64,000 bases of DNA, from positions 13,305-77,304 of the forward strand of contig JAFWQJ010000084.1 in assembly GCA_017545185.1 (NCBI GenBank), read 5' to 3'. The notes beneath the pieces are model-generated. The model did not search any database. It worked only from the letters and a program-made list of their open reading frames with translations, and was not told the DNA's origin. The number at the start of each line of letters is the position of its first letter. Within the stretch, counting starts at the first letter, position 1. This stretch comes from Oscillospiraceae bacterium. Its GTDB lineage: Bacteria; Bacillota; Clostridia; Oscillospirales; Ruminococcaceae. Positions 56,884 through 64,000 of the stretch are shown one piece after another. Both the position numbers and the translations under genes were made by a program.

Positions 56884-58299
56884 TTACTGCTTGGCCTGCA
56901 GGGTCTCTGCGATCTCCTTCGAGAGCTTGTTGACATCGCCGCAGCCGAGTGTGATGATGAGGTCGCCGGGCTGTGCGCGGTCGCAGACTGCCTTGCATAC
57001 ATCGTCAAAGTTCTGATATTTCCGTTCATCGGTCTGCGGGACGGTCTCGTCCTGCGGGAACCAGATGCAGCCGGGGATCTTCTCCGCGAGCATCCGCGTG
57101 AAGATGCCGAGCGTGTTTTCCTCTCTGCCGCCCATGATATCGGTCAGTGCGACGATATCGGCGATCTCAAGCGCTTCGGCAAAATCGTCCAGCAGTCTTG
57201 CCGTGCGCGTATAGGTAAACGGCTGATGCACCGCGATCACCCGCTTGTAGGGCATGGCCTTCGCCGCACGGAGCGTCGCCGCGATCTCGGCGGGATGATG
57301 CCCGTAGTCGTCCGCGACCGTGATGCCGTTCACCTTTGCGTGGATATCAAAGCGCCGCTTTGCGCCGTGGAACGCGAGCAGTCCTGCCTGACACTGTGCA
57401 AAGTTCAGTCCGACGAGATGCGCCGCAGCGATCGCGGCCAGTGCGTTGAGAACATTGTGCTCGCCCGGAACGGTCAGGGTCGCCGTGCCGAGCAGCTCGC
57501 CGTTATGACGGACCTTGAATTCCGTGGTCTGCTCCGGCGTGTGGATGATGTCAGAGGCGCGCCATTCGCAGCTTTCGCCCTTGCCGAACCGGATCATCGT
57601 CTTGCCGGTGACTGCCGCCATCGCCTCGCAGGAATTGGCGTCGTCGCCGTTATACAGCACGTATCTGCTGGATTTCTGTGCAAACTTCGTGAACGACGCC
57701 TTCAGGTTCTCCATGGTCTTGAAATATTCCATGTGGTCGGCGTCGATGTTCAGGATCACCGCGATATCCGGTGAGAGATGCAGGAAGGTATCAACATATT
57801 CGCAGGCCTCGCAGACGAACACATCGCTGCTGCCTGCTCTGCCGCTGCCGCCGATTGCCGGGAGCTTTCCGCCGATGACCGCGGAAAGGTCAATGCCCGC
57901 GGTGAACAGGATCTGCGCGAGCATGGAGGAGGTCGTCGTTTTGCCGTGCGTGCCCGCAATGCAGACCGCGTCATTGTACCACTCCGAGACAAGCCCCAGC
58001 AGCTCGCTGCGCTCCATCATCGCGACGCCGCTTGCTTCTGCGGCGGCACGCTCGGGATTCGTTTTCGCGATCGCAGCGGAGTAAACGACCAGATCGGCAC
58101 CCGCAATATTCTCCGCACGCTGCCCCATCTGCACCGGGATGCCCATGGCGCAGACGGCTGCCAGCGTGTCGGTCTCGTTGTTGTCCGAGCCGCTCAGCGT
58201 ATAGCCCTTGGCATGAAGCACCTGTGCCAGCGGGTACATGCCGCTGCCGCCGATGCCGATCATGTGGATATGCTGTTTGCCCTCGAGAACTGAACTCAT
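56884..58299 (-). CDS. murC: UDP-N-acetylmuramate--L-alanine ligase
   Basis: …IHMIGIGGSGMYPLAQVL…, …GTHGKTTTSSM… Mur ligase motifs. Confidence 0.92.
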   Translation of the reverse strand: MSSVLEGKQHIHMIGIGGSGMYPLAQVLHAKGYTLSGSDNNETDTLAAVCAMGIPVQMGQRAENIAGADLVVYSAAIAKTNPERAAAEASGVAMMERSELLGLVSEWYNDAVCIAGTHGKTTTSSMLAQILFTAGIDLSAVIGGKLPAIGGSGRAGSSDVFVCEACEYVDTFLHLSPDIAVILNIDADHMEYFKTMENLKASFTKFAQKSSRYVLYNGDDANSCEAMAAVTGKTMIRFGKGESCEWRASDIIHTPEQTTEFKVRHNGELLGTATLTVPGEHNVLNALAAIAAAHLVGLNFAQCQAGLLAFHGAKRRFDIHAKVNGITVADDYGHHPAEIAATLRAAKAMPYKRVIAVHQPFTYTRTARLLDDFAEALEIADIVALTDIMGGREENTLGIFTRMLAEKIPGCIWFPQDETVPQTDERKYQNFDDVCKAVCDRAQPGDLIITLGCGDVNKLSKEIAETLQAKQ

Positions 58300-58564
58300 A
58301 ATAAAAAATCCTTTCCTGTGTCCGCCGGATGCCGCCGGAAGGCAGCCGAACCTGCTCGAACACTGTAAAATACCGTGAAAAATCAGACGAAAACCGAAAT
58401 TTGTACAATTAATCTGATATGTTTACATATAATATTCACATAATCAACACATTTCCATGCTATGATATACTCGTAACGGCGCAGAGAGTCTTGACATACG
58501 ATGCGCCAATGCTTTCGGGCTCCGTTGTATTGACAACCGCTCCGCAGAAAGGAAGGAACTCTTC

Positions 58565-58924
58565 ATGGAAATTACTGATCTGAAAATTCGCAAAATGATG
58601 ACCGACGGACGACTGCGCGCAATCGTATCCATTACACTGGATCAGATGCTGGCCGTTCATGACATCAAGGTCGTGCAGGGTGAAACGCGCTTGTTCGTTG
58701 CCATGCCGAGCCGGAAGGATGAGGGCGGCATCTTCCGCGATATCGTGCATCCGATCTCCGCACAGGCAAGACAGTATCTGGAAACCCAGATTCTCGACGC
58801 TTATCAGGAACAGCTTGCACTGATGCAGGCGGAGGCTGAATCCGCCGGCCTTGCTGCCGATGCAGCAGCGATCCCCGCAGCATTCCCGGCTGACATCCCG
58901 GCACCGGCTGAGACTGCCGAATAA
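58565..58924 (+). CDS. spoVG: septation protein SpoVG
   Basis: MEITDLKIRKMMTDGRLRAIVSITLDQMLAVHDIKVVQGETRLFVAMPSRK… with an Ala/Pro-rich tail. Confidence 0.9.
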   Translation: MEITDLKIRKMMTDGRLRAIVSITLDQMLAVHDIKVVQGETRLFVAMPSRKDEGGIFRDIVHPISAQARQYLETQILDAYQEQLALMQAEAESAGLAADAAAIPAAFPADIPAPAETAE

Positions 58925-58949
58925 GCTGCATGAACTGAACAGTTGATCC

Positions 58950-58991
58950 GGAATCCCCTTTGTGAATCTCACAGAGGGGATTCTTTTTTTA
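58950..58991. terminator. bidirectional intrinsic terminator
   Basis: GGAATCCCCTTTGTGA-ATC-TCACAGAGGGGATTC followed by TTTTTTT. Confidence 0.8.
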
Positions 58992-59561
58992 TGCGTCCTC
59001 CTGCCGGAGCAGAAACGCGGTTTTCAGCAGCGCGATCTGTGTTTTTGCGTCGGGGATCTCCCCGCGCATCACCATTGCGACGGCTTCGTCCAGCGGGAGC
59101 TGCACGATGTCCAGAAATTCATCTGCGTCAAGGTGCTGTCCGTGCCCCTGCTGAATATCCCGCGCAAGAAACATATAAATGACTTCCCTGTCATAGGCGG
59201 GCGTCGGATAAAGACAGCCGAGCGGCTCCAGCTTTTCCGCGGATGCGCCGGCCTCCTCCGAAAGCTCCCGCTCCGCACAGGCAGCGGGGTTTTCGCCGTA
59301 TTCCAGCTTGCCGGCGGGAAGCTCCAGCGTTTCCTGCAGATGCGGATAGCGGAACTGCCGCACCATAATGACCTGCCGGTCGGCGGTCAGCGGCACGACG
59401 CAGGCACCGCCCGGATGATGCACGACCTCGCGGAGTGCCTCTTTGCCGTTTTCCATGCGCACGGTGTCCCGCGTGACTTTTAAGATGCGCCCGTTGTAGA
59501 TCTCCTCCGAGGAGACCTGCACCTCTTTCAGATGCAGCTCAGGGTTCAGGGGTTGCGTCAT
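58989..59561 (-). CDS. NUDIX hydrolase (ADP-ribose pyrophosphatase-like)
   Basis: Nudix box GKLEYGENPAACAERELSEEAG. ATG 59561 follows GGAGG and overlaps the end of the yfhO-like gene by ~23 nt. Confidence 0.85.
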   Translation of the reverse strand: MTQPLNPELHLKEVQVSSEEIYNGRILKVTRDTVRMENGKEALREVVHHPGGACVVPLTADRQVIMVRQFRYPHLQETLELPAGKLEYGENPAACAERELSEEAGASAEKLEPLGCLYPTPAYDREVIYMFLARDIQQGHGQHLDADEFLDIVQLPLDEAVAMVMRGEIPDAKTQIALLKTAFLLRQEDA

Positions 59562-62076
59562 GATGCTCTGCCTCCGGTTTTCTGCGGCGTCTGCCTGCTG
59601 CGGCAGCGTAGGAATGCTTCGTCGCGGCATGTGCGGTATAGACCGCGTGCTCGAACATCAGATCCACGCCGCTGTAATCATAATAATGCTTCTGCTTCGG
59701 CAGCTTCGGTCTGCTGCCGTGCTCCGCAGCTGCCAGCCAGATCAGATAGATCAGCAGCGCGGCGATACCGCAGAGCGATGCGATCGCGCCCTGTTTGAGC
59801 CCCGGTGTCTGATAGCGGAACACGATCTGATTGTCACCTTTTTCGCAGCGCACGGCCATGAAGCCGGTGCTGACGGTCTCGACCGGCACGCTCTGCCCGT
59901 TGACCTCTGCGGTCCAGCCGCTTTCCGACGGGACACTGAAAAAGACGAGCTCCGGCTTATCCAGCGTGATCGCTGCGCGGAAGCCATAGGAATCATAGTC
60001 AAATGAGGAGCAGGTGTGCTTGGCAAGCTCCTTGCAGTATGCGAGGTATTCTTCCTCGTTCATGCCGCCGACCGCCGGTGCGGACAGCTCCGTGAGGATA
60101 TCGCCGTACTGCTCGATCTGCTCATCACTGAGCACCAGTGCTTTCAGCAGAATCTTTTCCGCGATCAGCGGTGTGAGTGCCTTGTACGCTTCCTCCCCGA
60201 TATAGGCATCATACGGAATGCCCATCGGGACATAAGCTTCATTCTCGTAGATATAGAAATCGTTTTCCTTCTTCTGATAGGTGAAGCCCGGCAGGTCATC
60301 CAGCGTATAGCTGTATTCTTCCTCGTCGTCCCCGGACTTTGTATCGCGGTCGAAGTAATACTTCACGCTGAACAGTGCCCGCAGCGCATAATGCTTCGGC
60401 TCCGGGCGGGACGCCACATCCCTTTTGATGTCCAGCGTCTCGTAAAAGTCCATCAGTGAGGCAGGAACGATGCTATGGAAGCAGCGCATATTGGAATAGC
60501 CCCAGAACATCGGATAATTGTCGCAGTCCTGCGAGATATCCACGCGGGCGAACTGATGCTCGGGCATTTCCAGCGAGATATCCGCGCCCGCTTTGATCGC
60601 CTGATTGACGTAGGTTGTCGGGAACGCGCTGAGCCCCATTCCGAAGTAGACCATGGCGGCCGCCGTGCAGAGGCACGAAAAGACCGTCATGCCGATCGCG
60701 GAACGGTAGAAGAAGCGGCTTCTCCGGCGGTACTGACAGGTCAGCACGGCGAAGTACAGCATAATGGCGCACAGTGCAGCCGAGAGCCACACGAACCACG
60801 GGTATTTTGCAAGGCTGAACCAGACGATCTTGTCATCCTCCTTTTTCGGGAGCAGCGAGATCACCGTAAAGACGGCCAGCATGATGCCGCAGACGGTCAG
60901 GCCGCCGCGCCAGCGGATCTTCGGATTGTCCAGCGCATACGCGGTCATCATCGCCATGATAAGGATCGGCATGTAATACCAGCGCGCATAATACGAGCCG
61001 TTCAGCATATAGAATGCGGAGTTGAGGACCGGGACGAATGCGCAGACCGTGCAGACCGCAACGAGCTTTGTTGCCCAGTGCTTCCGCTTCTGCGACATGA
61101 ACGCGATCACGCCCGCCATGGAGAACATCGGCAGATAGCCTGCGATCGACGCCCATTTGCCGAAATCGGACTGGAACAGATTGGGTCTTGCGGGAACATC
61201 CGGCAGCATGAAGAAGCTCTGGATGATGCGCCAGATGCGCGTGCGGTCGGTGTAGGCGGCCATGTCGATGCCCCAGAGGAATGTCCGGATGCGGTCATTG
61301 CCGAGGATCGCCAGTGCCGAGGGCACCAGCATAAAGCCGGCAAGCAGCACGCCGATGACCGATTCCAGCGCGATGCTGAAAAACTTGCGCAGATCGGCGT
61401 GAAAGTCCTCTGCCGGACAGCGCAGGATGAAATACAGCACCGCAAACACGGCCTGCCCGGTGAAGAAATAATAATTCAGGATCGCCATGAACGCGACCGT
61501 CAGCGCAAAGACGCCGCGGCGGTTCTCATTGACGCGCTGCTCCATTGCGATCAGCAGGAGCGGGAAAAACGCGGTGACATCCTGGAAATGGTTGAAGAAG
61601 ATGTTGTAGATCTGGAAGCCGGAGAACGCATAGAGCAGCGCACCGATCAGCGATGCCTGCCTGCTGCGGACGAACCGCCGGATATAGGCGTATGCCGTCA
61701 GTGCCGCGATGCCGTGCTTGAGCGCCAGCAGCCACGGGATCATATAAAGCGTCCATTCCTGCGGGAACGGGACGGTCAGCCAGAAAAACGGACTGCCGAG
61801 CAGATAGAACGAATACGAGCCGATGAAATTGGCGCCGAGGTCGGTCTGCCAGTTCCAGCCGAAGCTGCCGTTCCGGACGGCCTCATGCGCGAGGTGATAG
61901 AACGGGAGCTGCTGCGAGTTGAAATCGCCGTAGTAGATGAAATATCCCTTGGTCACGGCCATGACCGGTGCGATGATCAGCAGAAGCATTGCAAAGCCCA
62001 GCAGAAAAACGGCCAGATACGGCTCACGCCGTTCGGTCAGCGGTCTGCGCGGCGCCTTGCTGCGTGTGCGGCTCAT
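59539..62076 (-). CDS. YfhO-family polytopic membrane protein
   Basis: …YYGDFNSQQLPFYHLAHEAVRNG…GANFIGSYSFYLLGSPFFWL…, with many TM helices. ATG 62076 follows GGGGAGGTG. Confidence 0.85.
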   Translation of the reverse strand: MSRTRSKAPRRPLTERREPYLAVFLLGFAMLLLIIAPVMAVTKGYFIYYGDFNSQQLPFYHLAHEAVRNGSFGWNWQTDLGANFIGSYSFYLLGSPFFWLTVPFPQEWTLYMIPWLLALKHGIAALTAYAYIRRFVRSRQASLIGALLYAFSGFQIYNIFFNHFQDVTAFFPLLLIAMEQRVNENRRGVFALTVAFMAILNYYFFTGQAVFAVLYFILRCPAEDFHADLRKFFSIALESVIGVLLAGFMLVPSALAILGNDRIRTFLWGIDMAAYTDRTRIWRIIQSFFMLPDVPARPNLFQSDFGKWASIAGYLPMFSMAGVIAFMSQKRKHWATKLVAVCTVCAFVPVLNSAFYMLNGSYYARWYYMPILIMAMMTAYALDNPKIRWRGGLTVCGIMLAVFTVISLLPKKEDDKIVWFSLAKYPWFVWLSAALCAIMLYFAVLTCQYRRRSRFFYRSAIGMTVFSCLCTAAAMVYFGMGLSAFPTTYVNQAIKAGADISLEMPEHQFARVDISQDCDNYPMFWGYSNMRCFHSIVPASLMDFYETLDIKRDVASRPEPKHYALRALFSVKYYFDRDTKSGDDEEEYSYTLDDLPGFTYQKKENDFYIYENEAYVPMGIPYDAYIGEEAYKALTPLIAEKILLKALVLSDEQIEQYGDILTELSAPAVGGMNEEEYLAYCKELAKHTCSSFDYDSYGFRAAITLDKPELVFFSVPSESGWTAEVNGQSVPVETVSTGFMAVRCEKGDNQIVFRYQTPGLKQGAIASLCGIAALLIYLIWLAAAEHGSRPKLPKQKHYYDYSGVDLMFEHAVYTAHAATKHSYAAAAGRRRRKPEAEHHDATPEP

Positions 62077-62214
62077 TCGGATACACCTCCCCGGAGCAGA
62101 AAATACGTTCACCCCTTATTATAGCACAAAGGTTCGGAAAAGTAAAGCGTTTTTCCGCGGTTTCTGCGGTATTTTTCCGCGGTTTTCAAGGAAATATCTG
62201 CCGCGGGAGCGGCA

Positions 62215-62991
62215 TCACAGCCCGAAGAAGCGTTCCGTGTTCGCTCTGACCTGCTCCGTCAGCTCCGCGGCGGGCATTTTCATATACTTCGCAAGCTCTG
62301 CCGCAACATACCTGATATTCTGCGGGACGTTGACATTTCCGAGCCCCTTGACGTTTTTCGGCGTCAGATACGGCGCGTCCGTTTCGATCATGACGCGGTC
62401 GGGCGGGATCAGCTTCACGGCCTCGCGGAGCGCACCGCCGCGGCGGTCGTCGCAGATCCAGCCGGTGATGCCGATGTAAAAGCCCATGTCGAGATAGACT
62501 TTCAGGGTCTGCGCGTCGCCGGTGAAGCAATGCACGACCGAACGTGCACACTGCTCCGGGTGTTTCTTCATCCGCGCGATAAAGTCCTTTGAAGCATCGC
62601 GCTCATGCAGAAAGAGCGATTTTTGCAGCTCCTCCGCAAGTTTGATGTGCCGGTCAAAGCAGCGCAGCTGATTCTCGCGCGTCGAGAACATGCGGTCGAA
62701 ATCCAGTCCGCACTCGCCGACCGCGACGATGTTCGGGTTGCCGGTCACGATCTCCCGGATGCGGTCGAAGTCCTCCGGTCTTGCGCTGTCGGCACTGTGC
62801 GGGTGGATGCCGCAGGTGGCCTTCACCTCCGGGTGCTGCTGCGTGAAGGCGTGCACCTTCTCGTTATCCTTCATATCCGAGCCGGTCAGGATGCAGGCGA
62901 CGCCCGCTGCCGCCGCATCCGCGATGATGCGCTCGGGGTCGCGGTACTGCCTGCAAAACAGGTTCAGCCCGATGTCGATGTATTTGGTCAT
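62215..62991 (-). CDS. TatD-family metal-dependent hydrolase
   Basis: …GIHPH…, …GECGLDF…, …HCFTG…, …ETDAPY… ATG 62991 follows AAAGGAA. Confidence 0.88.
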   Translation of the reverse strand: MTKYIDIGLNLFCRQYRDPERIIADAAAAGVACILTGSDMKDNEKVHAFTQQHPEVKATCGIHPHSADSARPEDFDRIREIVTGNPNIVAVGECGLDFDRMFSTRENQLRCFDRHIKLAEELQKSLFLHERDASKDFIARMKKHPEQCARSVVHCFTGDAQTLKVYLDMGFYIGITGWICDDRRGGALREAVKLIPPDRVMIETDAPYLTPKNVKGLGNVNVPQNIRYVAAELAKYMKMPAAELTEQVRANTERFFGL

Positions 62992-63024
62992 GGTGATTCC
63001 TTTCTGGGTATGCGTTTTTTTCAT

Positions 63025-63308
63025 TTTGCTGCGAATCGCTCTGCGATTCGCCTAGGGACGCCCTCTCTTACAGGGCGTCCCTCTCATAAAAACGCTCCCC
63101 CGGAGCGTTTTTATGATTCACCCTTGCGGTGCGCCTGACGATAGGGGAGTTTCGCGCTCTGCGGAGCGCGACGGGGGCTCCGCCCCTCGACCCCGCAAAC
63201 TTTTGAAAAAAGTTTGATCAAAACTTTTATTTCGACTAGACAATTTATTTCATAATGAGGTCTGGGGACAAGTCCCCAGCGGGGTTTGGGGCGGAGCCCC
63301 ATTTTGAA
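63025..63308. repeat. cluster of GC-rich palindromic repeat units, copy C (composite)
   Basis: Hairpins: GCGAATCGC-TCT-GCGATTCGC; TAGGGACGCCCT…AGGGCGTCCCT; TCGCGCTC-TGCG-GAGCGCGA. Inverted boxes GGGGCTCCGCCCC (63174-63186) and GGGGCGGAGCCCC (63288-63300) flank an AT-rich core. Confidence 0.8.
63087..63113 (-). terminator. intrinsic terminator downstream of the radical-SAM gene
   Basis: AAAAACGCTCC-CCC-GGAGCGTTTTT. Confidence 0.65.
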
Positions 63309-64000
63309 TCATCGCGAAGCGATACCGCTTAACAGCTCCCGGAGCTGCCGTTCCTTTTCCTGCATCAGTTCGTCAAAGCGTGCAAGATAATCATAGGGAT
63401 ACTTGCACTCGGTCAGACGTTCAATGCCGCGCTTTCCGCCGAGCACCTTTGTTGAGGCTCCCGCGCCGATGCCGAGGATCGTCTGTGAATCGTCCATCAT
63501 CATCACATTATACGGGCTCTCAAATCCCGGCTTTGCATAGCCGACATTTTCAAGATTCGCAGCCATGTTCTTCTGCCTGTAGAGATAATACGGCCGGTAG
63601 CCCGCGGCCGTCAGCGTTTTATACGCATAATCGACCATTTCACTGACGGCCTCCGCATCCGGCATGGAAAGGCTCTGGTAGAAGTCCGCCGCCTTTTTCA
63701 GCGCAAGACAGTGCACCGTGATGCTCTCCGGGTCAAGTGAAACGGCGCGGTCAATGCTCTCGCGGAAGCCCTGCACCGTATCGGCGGGCAGTCCCGCAAT
63801 AAAGTCCATGTTGATGTTGTCAAAGCCGAGTTCGCGCGCCAGCAGGAATTTATCGACCGCATCCTGCGCGGTGTGCGGTCGCCCCGCCGCTTTCAGCACA
63901 TGATCCTGAAAGCTCTGCGGATTGACCGAGATGCGCGTCACGCCGAACTGCCGGAAATATGAGAGATTCCCCCGCGTGATCGTGTCGGGACGTCCCGCCT
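63309..64000 (-). CDS. HemN/HemZ-family radical-SAM protein, C-terminal part (5' end lies right of the window)
   Basis: The frame stays open to base 64000 upstream of the track ORF's GTG (…GRPDTITRGNLSYFRQFGVTRISVNPQSF…GRPHT…FDNINMDFIAGLP…). The last 5 codons plus stop lie in repeat copy C. Confidence 0.75.
   Translation of the reverse strand, partial: AGRPDTITRGNLSYFRQFGVTRISVNPQSFQDHVLKAAGRPHTAQDAVDKFLLARELGFDNINMDFIAGLPADTVQGFRESIDRAVSLDPESITVHCLALKKAADFYQSLSMPDAEAVSEMVDYAYKTLTAAGYRPYYLYRQKNMAANLENVGYAKPGFESPYNVMMMDDSQTILGIGAGASTKVLGGKRGIERLTECKYPYDYLARFDELMQEKERQLRELLSGIASR

Noticed and set aside
56860-58564. Search for a Firmicutes LexA box (CGAAC-N4-GTTCG) near lexA and in the murC/spoVG intergenic region
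   Set aside because: I found only half-sites (for example TCGAACACTG at ~58349) and no convincing palindrome. I cannot claim an SOS box.

Overview
This is a GC-rich (judged by eye, not computed) Clostridia-type chromosomal segment. SpoVG, Ger-like genes and three dockerin-bearing proteins suggest a spore-forming, cellulosome-type Oscillospiraceae/Ruminococcaceae-like organism. I can support about 55 protein genes. Most are core housekeeping genes in familiar syntenies: ilvBN; recJ-phzF-relA; gdpP-rplI-dnaB-tilS-ftsH; rnj; murC-lexA-zapA-U32; spoVG; tatD. I saw no rRNA, tRNA, CRISPR array, transposase, integrase or phage genes.

Accessory content: two BspA/DUF285-type LRR surface proteins; a GH9-CBM3c-dockerin cellulase; a GH53-CBM-dockerin galactanase; a CHAP-like hydrolase with a dockerin; two ECF sigma/anti-sigma pairs; several GNATs; a visibly AT-richer orphan gene upstream of ilvBN. 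One Trp T-box riboswitch precedes a stand-alone trpB2-like gene.

Items most worth a second look:
1. An anti-sigma factor whose extracellular part looks like two cohesin modules, next to a dockerin-bearing cellulase.
2. A modular GC-rich palindromic repeat family at three loci, which supplies the identical last five codons plus stop (GIASR*) to two unrelated genes.
3. An orphan OmpR-type response regulator with Glu in place of the phospho-acceptor Asp.
4. A 33-codon ORF with a strong RBS behind the DUF285 gene, followed by a consensus promoter plus terminated leader.

I did not find a clear multi-gene novel system. All functional calls rest on motif recognition by eye and need HMM or structure confirmation. 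The many long ORFs antisense to real genes are rejected as high-GC shadow ORFs.
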